Shown: piece by piece, positions 52,540 to 64,000 of the stretch
Numbering within the stretch: position 1 is the first letter of the stretch
How the letters are laid out: every line of letters starts with the position of its first letter
NCBI GenBank assembly: GCA_951406725.2
Contig: OX597842.1
Coordinates: forward strand, 31,000,001-31,064,000
Length of the DNA: 64,000 nucleotides
Direction: 5' to 3'
Origin: Octopus vulgaris
Lineage: Eukaryota
Program-made: the position numbers and the translations under genes
The notes under the pieces: model-generated
Seen by the model: only the letters and a program-made list of their open reading frames with translations
What the model was told of the DNA's origin: nothing
Database searches by the model: none

Positions 52540-52870
52540 TGGTGGCCCGTAAAAAGCACCATCCGTTCGTGGCCGTTGCCAGCCCCGCCTGGCCCCCGTG
52601 CCGGTGGCACGTAAAAAGCACCATTCGTCCGTGGCCGTTAGCTCCGTCTGGCACGTAAAAAGCACCATTCGTCCGTGGCCGTTAGCTCCGTCTGGCACAT
52701 AAAAAGCACCCACTGCACTCAAGGAGTGGTTGGCGTTAGGAAGGGCATCCAGCCGTAGAAACACTGCCAGATCAGACTGGGCCTGGTGCAGCCTTCTGGC
52801 TTCACAGACCCCAGTTGAACCGTCCAACCCATGCTAGCATGGAAAATGGATGTTAAACGATGATGATGAT
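52540..52870 (+). mobile_element. RTE 3' UTR copy with four GGCACGTAAAAAGCACC-type subrepeats
   Basis: Motif match and (GAT)n tail. Confidence 0.88.
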
Positions 52871-52909
52871 ATATATAAACACACTCACATATATATTTAG
52901 AGAGAGACA

Positions 52910-53245
52910 AAGGAGTCCCTTCAGTCATGAATGACCAAATGATTGCACCTAGGAAGTCCCCCTCTGAGGCACAAATTTGGTTGTTTTAGGGAAGACCAGC
53001 AGTCGTCCATGCATACCAACCTCCCCACTCCCTGCCACTGATGTTATCCAAGGGAAAAGCAAAGGGGCCGATACAGCTTGGCACCATTGACATTGCAACC
53101 CATTTCTATAACTGAGTGAACTGGAGCAACGTGAAATAAAGAGTCTTGCTCAAGAACACAAACACACAACCCAGTCCAGGAATTGAACTCACTACCTCAT
53201 GATTGTGAGCCTGCTGTTTTAACCACTGAGCCATGCACCTTCATA
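52910..53245 (-). mobile_element. tRNA-derived CORE-like SINE, family H
   Basis: Minus: TGGCTCAGTGGTTAA..GAGTTCAATTCC..TTCTTGAGCAAGAC; 3' end similar to 16335-16418. Confidence 0.75.
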
Positions 53246-53259
53246 GGGGGGCAAAGTGG

Positions 53260-53560
53260 CCGAGTTCCCTTAGAGCGTTGGGCCTTACGGAGGCACTGAC
53301 CAAGACCTTTGGCATTGTGTTGTGCGTGAGAAGAAGACCCATCCAGGTGAGCAAAACTGCAGTGGTGACAGACACCGGTGTTGCGCAAATGTCCATTACA
53401 CTCTCAGAGTGGTTGGCATTAGGAAGGACATCCAGATGTAGAAAACCATGCCGAATGAGACTGGAGTCTGGTGCAGCCTTCCAGCATGACCAGCCCCAGT
53501 GAAACTGTCCAACCCATGTGATCATGGACAATGGACGTGAAACGATGATAATGATGAGGA
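53260..53560 (+). mobile_element. Old RTE 3' UTR fragment
   Basis: Similar to 21300-21640 and 16630-17005. Confidence 0.75.
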
Positions 53561-53569
53561 TATATATAC

Positions 53570-53980
53570 TCTCACTTTTTTACTCTTTTAGTTGTTTCAG
53601 TCATTTGACTGCGGCTATGCTGGAGCACCGCCTTTAGTCGAGCAAATTGACCCCAGGACTTATTCTTTGTAAGCCCAGTACTTATTCTATCGGTCTCTTT
53701 TGCCGAACCGCTAAGTGACGGGGACGTAAACACACCAGCATCGGTTGTCAAGCAATGCTAGAGGGACAAACACAGACACACAAACATATACACACACATA
53801 CATACATATATATATATATACATATATACGACAGGCTTCTTTCAGTTTCCGTCTACCAAATCCACTCACAAGGCTTTGGTCGGCCCGGGGCTATAGCAGA
53901 AGACACTTGCCCAAGATGCCACGCAGTGGGACTGAACCCGGAAACATGTGGTTGGTAGGCAAGCTACTTACCACACAGCA
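53570..53980 (-). mobile_element. SINE family A, full length
   Basis: Family A match. Confidence 0.92.
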
Positions 53981-54270
53981 ATATATATATATGTGAGTTG
54001 TCTAAGAGGTCATAAGTCAGGAAAAAGATGCATTAGTATGTCTATATATAGCCGATAAAAGATTAGAGATCTATACAAATCAAATTTTTATATATATAAA
54101 GAACGGAGGGGGAAAATAGCACAGAAGGGAGTGTAAAACATTTCAATTTCAGAAGGAATTTGATAAAAATAATTTCAAAACATTATTTAAAAAATTGTAT
54201 CAAAAAGATATTACCAGTTTTGATGAATCTCGTCTTATCAAATATCAGAAAGTTTTAAAAATTAGAACAT

Positions 54271-54309
<39 letters not shown>

Positions 54310-54310
<1 letters not shown>

Positions 54311-54580
54311 CATCATCATCATCGTTTCATGTCTGTTTTCCATGCTGGCATGGGTTGGACGGTTTGAATTGGGGCTGGCTTGCCAGGAGGCCACACCAGG
54401 CTCCATTCTGATCTAGCAATGTTTCTACAGCTGGATGCCCTTCATAACACCAACCACTCCAAAAGAGTATGGGTTTCCTTTTTATGTACCACTGGCGTAG
54501 GGGCCAGTCTGTCAGCACTGGCATCCACCACGTTCAAATGGTGCTTCTTATGTTCTACCGGTACAGGGGCCACTCAGGCG
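54310..54580 (-). mobile_element. RTE-type 3' tail fragment
   Basis: (ATC)n..TTCCATGCTGGCATGGGTTGGACGG..CAGCTGGATGCCCTTC. Confidence 0.8.
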
Positions 54581-54734
54581 ATATATATATATATATACAC
54601 ACATATATATAAGTTCAGCAAAATTTAGATTCAGATGAATATGGTACTTAAGGCATACTTACATTGTTTAATTAAATGAAGTAGCATGAAATGATTGTAC
54701 TACACTACCTTGGATATCCTTGTTGCTTACTTTG

Positions 54735-54779
<45 letters not shown>

Positions 54780-55032
54780 ATAAAACGGTAAGATAGCAAA
54801 AGAAAGAAAGAGACCTCAATATTATGTAAATAGAGGAAATTTATCAATAAAATAATATGTTACATTACTCGATAGTCAAGATAAAACTCTGAGTTTCAGA
54901 TGCCGAGGTGGAAATCCACAACACCATCTCTTAGAATGTTTGAAGGTGATGTACAGGTATTAAATATTAGAAGAAATGAGGTACTCAGAAATCTGGATGG
55001 TTTTATATTTACAGATTTTTATTGATATGTCA

Positions 55033-55402
55033 CAACCAACCACATGGTTCCGGGTTCAGTCCCACTGCATGGCACCTTGGGCAAGTGTCTTCTGCTATAG
55101 CCCCGGGCCGACCAATGCCTTGTGAGTGGATTTTGTAGACGCCTGTCGTATATATGTATATATATATATGTATGTGTGTGTTTGTGTGTCTGTGTTTGTC
55201 CCCCTAGCATTGCTTGACAACCGATGCTGGTGTGTTTACGTCCCCGTCACTTAGCGGTTTGGCAAAAGAGACCGATAAAATAAGTACTGGGCTTACAAAG
55301 AATAAGTTCCGGGGTCGATTTGCTCGACTAAAGACGGTGCTCCAGCATGGCCGCAGTCAAATGACTGAAACAAGTAAAAGAGTAAAAAGAGTAAAAGAGA
55401 GT
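55033..55402 (+). mobile_element. SINE family A, 5'-truncated
   Basis: Family A match. Confidence 0.9.
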
Positions 55403-55623
55403 ATATATATATAACCAGCTTTAATAAAATGTTTATAGTATGAAACAATTGTACTAAACTACCGATCCATACTTGTTGCTTATTTTTTGGTTATAATCAC
55501 CCCACGTAATTTTATGGGTAATACCATAAAAAAATTCTGGTGCATCTAAATTAAGTACCATATTCATTTGAATCTAAATTGTTTTGCTGAAATATATATA
55601 TATATACACACACACATATACAC

Positions 55624-55809
55624 ATCATCGTTTAACGTCCGTTCTCCATGCTAGCATGGGTTGGACGGTTCAACTGGGGTCTGTGAAGCCCGAAGGCTGC
55701 ACCAGGCTCCAGTCTGATCTGGCAGTGCTTCTACAGCTGGATGCCCTTCCTAACGCCAACCACTCCGAGAGTGTAGTGGGTGCTTTTTATGTGCCACTGG
55801 CACCCACTA

Positions 55810-55858
<49 letters not shown>

Positions 55859-56150
55859 TGTTTTTATAAAATCATACATATGACATCATCATCATCATCA
55901 TCATTTGACGTCCGCTTTCCATGCTAGCATGGGTTGGATGGTTCAACTGGGGTCTGGGAAGCCAGAAGGCTGCACCAGGCCCAGTCTTATCTGGCAGTGT
56001 TCCTACGGCTGGATGCCCTTCCTAATGCCAACCACTCCGTGAGTGTAGTGGGTACTTTTTATGTGCCACTGGCACAGGTGCCAGATGAGGCTGGTACCTG
56101 TCTCGTCTGGCACCTGTGTCGGTGGCACATAAAAAGCACCCACCACACTA
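55624..56150 (-). mobile_element. Two RTE 3' tail copies (55624-55815, 55884-56150), each ending in a fold-back
   Basis: Tail matches; inverted duplications at their 5' junctions. Confidence 0.85.
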
Positions 56151-56675
56151 CATATATATATACACACACATGTTTTTATAAAATCCTACATATGACATAT
56201 TAATAAAAATCTGTAAATATAAAACCATCCAGATTTCTGAGTCCCTCATTTCTTCTAATATATATATATATGGTGGTTATCTACTCCTTTCAGAGCTTAA
56301 CCCCTTTTTGTTCCCATAATTACTGTTTCCCAGTGTGAAATCTTCAATGTCCTTTGAGCCCCGAAAGACCCAAACAGCTGATCCCATATTCTGCAACAGT
56401 GTCTCATTTCCACGTTGGCCTTCAGTTTTCATGCTTGTCTATTATGAATGTTCATATGCCGCTTCGACCCTCCACACAGGCATGCAGGTCTTTTAACAAA
56501 CAGAGGTCATGCGGAACGAAATGCCAATGGTTCATGTATGCCTCACCCACATGGGCACACTGGTGGGGCCTCATAGCAATGAGATTTGAATGTTTTTGTG
56601 CAAAAAGAAGGAAGGAGAGAGTTTTACACCTTTATTGGCTCAAGTCTCAGTTCTACACAATATTATTTATGCGTA

Positions 56676-57187
56676 CCTTTCCTTCTTTGGACTCTAAACT
56701 CGAAATTGAACCAAATCCTATGACTGGCATCCGGCCGTTGGCAGTGCCACTGGACTGACTCTCGTGCAAGTAGCAAGTAAAGAAATACCGTTTCAACCCT
56801 GTGCTTGAGGAGACCTACTGAGTCAAGTACATCAACATCAAAAATCAATGGAAATTGTAGTTGTGATCCCTGTGCTGGTGGCATGTAAAAAGCACCATCT
56901 GAACGTGGCCGATGCCAGCGCCGACTCGACTGGCTTCCATGCCGGTGGCACGTAAAAAGCACCAACCGATTCATGGCCGTTGCCAGCCTCGCCTGGCACG
57001 TAAAAAGCACCAACCGATCATGGCCGTTGCCAGCCTCCCCTAGTACCTATGCTGGTGGCACGTAAAAAGCACCCACTACGCTCTCGGAGTGGTTGGCGTT
57101 AGGAAGGGCATCCAGCTGTAGAAACACTGCCAGATCAGAAGGGAGCCTGGTGCAGCCTCCTGGCTTCCCAGACCCCGGTTGAACCGC
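56676..57187 (+). mobile_element. RTE 3' UTR copy lacking the terminal tail
   Basis: Aligns to 39735-40250. Confidence 0.85.
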
Positions 57188-57189
57188 AG

Positions 57190-57420
57190 GATTAGAATCA
57201 CTCAGCTGAATAGGGATGGAGGAGATATGCCTGCACGCAAGGACGACCATGCTTTTAATTAGCTTGATGTTTCTTCTTAATCACAGCAAGTTGCCTGGAA
57301 TTTCAATTCCCTGTTATTCCCCCTTGTGGGGCCCAACGTCTGAAGATCCCCCTCACACCACTTTGTCCCATGTCTTCCTTGGTCTACCCCTTCCACATGC
57401 TCCCTCCTCAATTGGAAATC
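57190..57420 (-). pseudogene. Old RTE ORF end plus UTR fragment
   Basis: Minus strand reads IEEGACGRGRPRKTWDKVV. Confidence 0.7.
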
Positions 57421-57635
57421 CGTATACAGTAATCCCTTGACTATCGTAGGTGTTACATTCCAAAACTTCCTACAGAAATAATTAAAATCTAAAATAATCT
57501 AAATACTTATCAGCCACAGAAACCTGAGATATAAATTTACTTATATTAGCCAGAAAAATCTGCAATTTACTGAGTGCGATATAGCAAGTGATTACCTGTA
57601 TGTATATGTGTGTATATATACATATATATATACCA

Positions 57636-58140
57636 GAGTAAGCACATAAATGCGAAACAAGGTGGAAAAAATAGTACTCAAATACCAGGGGTAGAGTAAT
57701 ATCTCTATATATGTAAATGGCAAAATGTCTGCGTGTGTGTGTCCTTTATACAAATCCACAATTTTTCAGTTAGAGGGATCGCACTTTCTATGGTCATTCA
57801 AAAGCGTCCAAGGGTGGTCGTGCACATCTTTACATTTCCCCAGTCACCCCGCAAAGCCATTAAAAAATCAATAGAAATGACTTTTTGTGAATTTTCTATC
57901 CAAAACCCAATCAAAATGCCCGAAACTTGATATGCCAATTGAATGCCAGCTAGCTGTATGTGATTGGTCGGAGATTTGGACAGTACTCGCGTGTATGTGC
58001 ACACGCACACAGCTGTGTATGCATGCACTAGCACTATGACACGGCAACGCCGGGTCATAGTGCTAGTTCTTTATTAAAAAGTAGCAAAAATATCGCAAAA
58101 ACTGTTCCTCGGAGTTTCACTTTCCCGTTTGACAGTTTTG
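57636..58140. mobile_element. Palindromic hammerhead element family, copy 4 (diverged, left arm only), split by a Helitron
   Basis: gagtaagcacataaatgcgaaacaaggtggaaaa..gtagagtaata, then insertion, then ttctttattaaaaagtagc..ctgttcctcggagtttcac..gacagtttt. Confidence 0.75.
57702..58066 (+). mobile_element. Non-autonomous Helitron (365 bp)
   Basis: 5'-TC, 3'-CTAG, inserted between A and T with no TSD (empty site known from sister copies), 3' hairpin at 58027-58067. Confidence 0.8.
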
Positions 58141-58324
58141 TATAGATATGTAGACAGAGATCTTTAAAATTCGTTTATGGTAACATTAGGAGTTTACAAA
58201 CAAAGCCCCTATTTCATTCTGCTGGTTACCTTCTAATGGTACTGATTAGTGGCTCAGTTTTTTGGGGGCTGCATCATGGTTATACCAATATAATGTGGGA
58301 TAAATATAATAATATGTGATGAAT

Positions 58325-58620
58325 TGTTTTCTTGAGCAAGACATTTCATTTCGCATTGGTGCAGTCTACTCGGCTGGCAAAAGTGAGCAATGCTGCAATG
58401 GACATGTGCCTCGTCCAGGGAGGTAACATATGCACCACAGAAACCAGGAAATCGGCCCCAGAAATATAAACGATCTGGGAAGGTGCTTCATCGACAGAAA
58501 CCGTGTCAAAGTAGACTTTGGGGGTCAACACAGTCCCCTGCTTCGTTGGACTTTGTCGAACTGTCCAACCCAAGCTGTCATGGAAGATGGACAGTAAATG
58601 AGAATGATCATCATCATGGC
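58325..58620 (+). mobile_element. Old CORE-like SINE with an RTE-type tail
   Basis: TTCTTGAGCAAGACATTTCATTTC.. then GTCGAACTGTCCAACCCA..ATGGAAGATGGACAGTAAATGA. Confidence 0.55.
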
Positions 58621-58899
58621 ACGCAATAGGCTTCTTTCTGTTTCCATCTGGTGAGGGCCCGTACTAGAAAACACAAGTAGCAGGGCTGAACTCGAAACCA
58701 CAGTGCTGGGAGGTGAATTTCAAAGGACAGTAGCCCCATCCTCGGGGTTAAGGGTCAGGGTGCGTTTGGGAGGAGGTTTATTGCCCACCCTCATCTCGTA
58801 TCACCCCTCCCCCCCCCACCCAGTCTTGTTCTGGCCTTGAATACGCCATCAGGGGCTCTCCACCACCTGGCTCAATCTAATCCTTGATGTCGTCACACC

Positions 58900-59190
58900 T
58901 TCTCATAATTGTAAGTTCATGAGTTCAATTCCCGGCAGCGCGCTCTCTCCTTCAGCAAGACACTTTATTTCACCTCACTCCAGTCCACTCAGCTGGCAGA
59001 AATGAGTTGTACCAGTAATTTCAAAGGGGCCGGCCTTGTTACATTCTGCATTATGCTGAATCTCCTTGAGAACTATGCTAAGGGTACACATGTCTGTGGA
59101 GTACTCAGCCACTTGCACATTAATTTCATGAGCAAGCTGTTCCGTTGATCCTATCCACTGGAACACCTCATTCTCTTAAGGGACACAGTA
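58900..59190 (+). mobile_element. CORE-like tRNA SINE, family G (5'-truncated head)
   Basis: GAGTTCAATTCCC..CCTTCAGCAAGACACTTTATTTCAC..CCAGTCCACTCAGCTGG. Confidence 0.65.
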
Positions 59191-59529
59191 CTCTACCATC
59201 TTTGTTTGTGGCCAATGGGGTCGTTCATCTGCTGTCCATCCTGCCCTTCACCACCAAGGATGTTGGGGTGTGCAGGGGCACGGGCATATGTCTATCATCT
59301 TTTACACCCTCTTTTCAACTCTGATGTGTGTTAGAAGGGCCGTTTTGATGCCCTGTTTTCCACCTGGGTGCCTTTAATACCAATGTACGGACAAATAGGG
59401 TTTACATGTTGTAAACTACAGCATAAGCATACAAACACACATACACACACACATACATACATACATACATATATATATATATAGAGGGAGAGAGATAGAT
59501 ATATATCATATATATATATATATATATAT

Positions 59530-59724
59530 ACTCTTTTACTTGTTTCAGTCATTTGACTGCGGCCATGCTGGAGCACCGCCTTTAGTCGAGCAAATCGACC
59601 CCGGGACTTATTCTTTGTAAGCCCAGTACTTATTCTATCGGTCTCTTTTTGCCGAACCGCTAAGTGACGGGGACGTAAACACACCAGCATCGGTTGTCAA
59701 GCAATGCTAGGGGGACAAACACAG

Positions 59725-59787
<63 letters not shown>

Positions 59788-60295
59788 TATACAACAGGCT
59801 TCTTTCAGTTTCCGTCTGCTAAATCCACTTGCCCAAGGTGCCACGCAGTGGGACTGAACCCAGAACCATGTGTTTGGTTAGCAAGCTACTTACCACACAG
59901 CCACAAGGTGTTGCTGTGTGGTAAGTAGCTTGCTTACCAACCACATGGTTCCGGGTTCAGTCCCACTGCATGGCATCTTGGGCAAGTGTCTTCTGCTATA
60001 GCCTCGGGCCTACCAATGCCTTGTGAGTGGATTTGGTAGACGGAAACTGAAAGAAGCCCGTCGTATATATGTATATATATATATATATATATATTTATGT
60101 CTTTGTTTCTATGTTTTTCGTCACACCACCACTTGATGTTGGTGTGTTTATGTCCCCATGACTTAGTGGTTCAACAGAAGAGACCGATAGAATAACTGCT
60201 AGGCTTAAAAGTCCACGGTTTGATTTGTTTAACTAAGACCATTTGTGGCAGTGCCCCAGCATGGCCGCAGTCAAATGACAAGCAACTAAAAGATA
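59530..60295. mobile_element. Two family A SINEs head to head (59530-59903 minus, 59911-60295 plus)
   Basis: TTACCACACAGC-cacaaggtgtt-GCTGTGTGGTAA palindromic junction. Confidence 0.9.
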
Positions 60296-60299
60296 TGAG

Positions 60300-60407
60300 A
60301 TACACACGGATAGTGTATGTGTGTATAAAGAGAAATGTATATTTTGATAGAAATCTGTGTTTGTATGTATGTTTATATATGCATATATGTATATATTTAT
60401 GTGTATA

Positions 60408-60446
<39 letters not shown>

Positions 60447-60707
60447 GACGTGTATAGGTTTGAAGGAACAAAGTCGAAGAATGGGGCACATCACATTAGC
60501 ATGTATATATTTTATTCATGTATATGCATACACACACTTGCATATATAGTCATATGCATATGTATATACACATACATATATATATATATATGCACACACA
60601 TGTACTGTATGAAAGAGAATAAAATATGCTCCATGTGATAAAATGCATGTTAAATTTTTTATCCTGTTTACACTGTCACTTACATTCAAACATATACCAC
60701 ATATATA

Positions 60708-60747
<40 letters not shown>

Positions 60748-61002
60748 CATACACTGGTATATATATGTGTGTGTGTATATATATGCATATATATATGTAT
60801 GCATATATATATATGTATATATACATATATATGGACATATATGTATACACACACACACACATATATATGTACATTCATACATATACACTTTCATATATAT
60901 ATATATATATATACATACATATATATATATATACACATACATATATATATATGTACATTCATACATACATATACACTTTCATATATATTTATATATATAC
61001 AT

Positions 61003-61034
<32 letters not shown>

Positions 61035-61087
61035 GTACATTCATACATACATATACACTTTCATATATATGTATGTATGTATATATA

Positions 61088-61130
<43 letters not shown>

Positions 61131-61345
61131 GTACATTCATACATACATAAACACTTTCATATATATATATATATATATATACACTTTCATATATACACAT
61201 ACACACACACATATATATATATATATATACATATACACACACACATATATATATCTATATATCTGTGCCTGTTTCAAGCCTGCACCAATTACACACACAC
61301 ACACACACACACACACGGTGTGTAGTGTGTGTGTGGGTGTGTAGT
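60300..61345. repeat. (TA)n/(CA)n block with a higher-order unit (ATGTACATTCATAC..ACACTTTCATAT, about 4 copies at 60867-61195)
   Basis: Direct reading. Confidence 0.9.
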
Positions 61346-61551
61346 GTGTCTTCTTGTTACAACTAGAATGAAATATAGACACGGTTTTTACCATTGTAGA
61401 GAATCGAGAAGCAAGCTAAGCTGCTGCTGCTTTCTTCTGTAACAGTCGTGGTGGTGGTGGTGGTGTGGCACAAATGTCAGATCAAGGTAAAAGACGAAAA
61501 AAAATGGAGCATATATATACATATATGTATATATATATATATGTATATATA

Positions 61552-61628
61552 CAGGATGTTCATAAATTATCTTTACAAATTTCACAATTCCCCAATCCAA
61601 ATTGTAAAAGTAATTTATGGACACCCTG
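61552..61628. mobile_element. 77-bp Tc1/mariner-type MITE (27-bp TIRs, TA TSD)
   Basis: TA|CAGGATGTTCATAAATTATCTTTACAA..TTGTAAAAGTAATTTATGGACACCCTG|TA. Confidence 0.8.
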
Positions 61629-62100
61629 TACTTCTCTTTGTATGTAATCAATCATAGTCATCATACGTACGTGTATATAATATATATACACACATACTTT
61701 CGTGTTTATATGTGTATATTTGTATATGTATGTGTATACAATATGTATGTATACTAGTGTATATATGCATTTATATATATATATTATATCCTTAAATCCT
61801 TAAAAATGTTTTAGCCCGAAGGCCGCGGCCATGCTGGGGCACCATATGTATATAATATGAATATATATGTATAATATACATATGTGTATATATGGATGTA
61901 TATTTGTATATCTTAGCCTATGTCTATATAATACATATATATCCCATTTTCTCTGTTATATAAGTAATTGGGTGTGTATATGCAGACATGTGGATGTATT
62001 TGGCTATGTATAAATGTATGCGTGTATATATATATGTGTGCACACATGTGTGTGTTTGTGTGTGTATATATACACACATACAAGTGTTTATAAATGTATG

Positions 62101-62143
<43 letters not shown>

Positions 62144-62499
62144 GTGCAGGCATCTCAAGAGAACCCCTTTCTCGATATATAATTATAGAAATGTTTTTCT
62201 CTGACTGCCTCACCGACCCACCCCTCCCGATCTATGCTCGCCTCTCTCCTCCTCATCATCAGCATCAGCATCATCATCAACCACAGCTATCTTCCCTACG
62301 ACTGCCATCATCAACGCACTGTTTCTCCTATCTCTGTAATCAGTCTCCGCCCTGCCCCCCCCCCCCACCTACACACCACCCAACCACTGTAGCCAGTTCT
62401 GCCCCTGCGTCACCACCATCGCCACGACCACCACCACTGACACTGTGCTATCTCCACTGTTCTGATATTACTGCTGGGAACATCGACAAGAACATCATC

Positions 62500-62945
62500 A
62501 AAACCACAACCACCTTTGCTATCAGCACCACCACCGACACCATCACCACTACCATCAACACTACCACCAACACCACCGTCTCCACCACCACCACCACAAA
62601 CATCAACCGCTACTAACCACCACTGCCGCCACCACCAACCACTGCCGTCACCACCAACCGCCACCACCACCACCACCGCCACCACCACCACCACCGCCAC
62701 CACCACCAACCACTGCCGTCACCACCAACCACCGCCACCACCACCATACTGTTATCACTACTCCACCATCACCACTACCATCACATCACCCCAACCCCAC
62801 CTCCACTACTGCCATCACAGTACTGTAATTACATCACCCTCCCCCCCATCACTATCTCCACTGCCACCACCACCACCACCATACCGTAATTGCATCCCCT
62901 CTGCTGTCACCATTACAGCATACCACCACCACCACCACCATCACA
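62500..62945. repeat. Degenerate (ACC)n tract
   Basis: Direct reading. Confidence 0.9.
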
Positions 62946-63117
62946 GGTGTATGATGTGCATTAAGACAGAACACCAGATAATGTAAGACATAACTGGTCG
63001 ATAAAATCAGGTTCACATAACTGTGGAACTGGAGTCTGGTTGATGGTGGTGGTGGTGGTGGTGGTGGTGGCTGTTATTTTTATCAAGTCTTGCTACAATA
63101 GAGAGAGAGAGAGAGAG

Positions 63118-63893
63118 AGAGACCTCCCTTCTTTGCTCATATATACATAGCTAAGAGAGTAGGGTGTGATCTGAGGGAGATTTGGCTGCTATTTCTACCA
63201 GGTCTAGCTACCATGTAGAGGTCTCCCTCATTGGCTCATACATACATATATACATAGATAAGAGAGTAGGGTGTGATTTGAGGGAGATTTGGCTGCTACT
63301 TCTACCAGGTCTAGCTACCATGTAGAAGCATCCCTCATTGGCTCATACATACATATATACATAGATAAGAGAGTAGGGTGTGATTGAGGGAGATTTGGCT
63401 GCTATTTCTAGTAGGTCAAGCTACCATGTAGAGGTCTCCCTCATTGGCTCATACATACATATATACATAGATAAGAGAGTAGGGTGTGATCTGAGGGAGA
63501 TTTGGCTGCTATTTCTAGCAGGTCTAGCTACCATGTAGAGGCATCCCTCATTGGCTCATACATACATATATACATAGATAAGAGAGTAGGGTGTGATTTG
63601 AGGGAGATTTGGCTGCTACTTCTACCAGGTCTAGCTACCATGTAGAGGCATCCCTCATTGGCTCATACATACATATATACATAGATAAGAGAGTAGGGTG
63701 TGATCTGAGGGAGATTTGGCTGCTATTTCTAGCAGGTCTAGCTACCATGTAGAGGTCTCCCTCATTGGCTCATACATACATATATACATAGATAAGAGAG
63801 TAGGGTGTGATCTGAGGGAGATTTGGCTGCTATTTCTAGCAGGTCTAGCTACCACGTAGAGGTCTCCCTCATTGGTTCATACATACATATATA
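63118..63893 (-). repeat. 107-bp tandem repeat, 7 units plus a partial unit
   Basis: GAGTAGGGTGTGA at 63157, 63264, 63371, 63477, 63584, 63691 and 63798. Confidence 0.95.
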
Positions 63894-64000
63894 CGAGGGG
63901 CGTTCAATAAGTAATGCCCCTGACCCACTTCCCATAGCAGTAGAGCAACGACACTTGGCACAGTTATTAGTCTTTTCCTACATAGGAACAACCCAGAGTT
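63894..64000 (+). mobile_element. Mariner-like element left end, running off the window
   Basis: TA|CGAGGGGCGTTCAATAAGTAATGC resembles mariner TIR starts; partner TIR not visible. Confidence 0.6.

Noticed and set aside
56270-56675. 134-aa ORF at 56354-56758 in unique-looking sequence
   Set aside because: TTG start, no recognisable motif, runs into an RTE UTR; cannot be supported as coding.
63118-63893. CRISPR-like regularly spaced array
   Set aside because: Units are fully repeated with no unique spacers, no cas genes are present, and the context is eukaryotic.

Overview
Repeat-saturated eukaryotic DNA, with no host protein-coding gene I can recognise. The repeat vocabulary (very long (TA)n/(CA)n/(AAT)n/(GAT)n/(ACC)n tracts, several tRNA-headed SINE families, RTE LINEs with (GAT)n tails) suggests an octopus/coleoid cephalopod intron or intergenic region; this is inferred from recalled repeat families, not from a database search. 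Almost all ORFs in the supplied track are microsatellite or SINE translations. The one long genuine ORF is the 3' part of an RTE-clade reverse transcriptase (10733-11776, YADD, with an inserted PHD-type Cys4-His-Cys3 finger). Also present: CR1-like and other RTE fragments, a deleted Tc1 element whose left TIR is split by a CR1 insertion, mariner ends, a 77-bp MITE, a non-autonomous Helitron, more than 25 copies or fragments of one CORE-type SINE (family A, my label), and SINE-derived tandem arrays. Most notable: (i) a four-copy, ~235-bp palindromic element with back-to-back minimal hammerhead-ribozyme motifs (Penelope-like), plus other hammerhead-bearing remnants; (ii) one SINE copy with about 12 clustered sense-strand A-to-G changes, resembling ADAR editing fixed by retrotransposition; (iii) tandem H-type pseudoknot motifs in the RTE 3' UTR; (iv) a 2.7-kb cassette bounded by near-identical inverted copies that share private mutations. 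All alignments and folds were done by eye, so boundaries are approximate.
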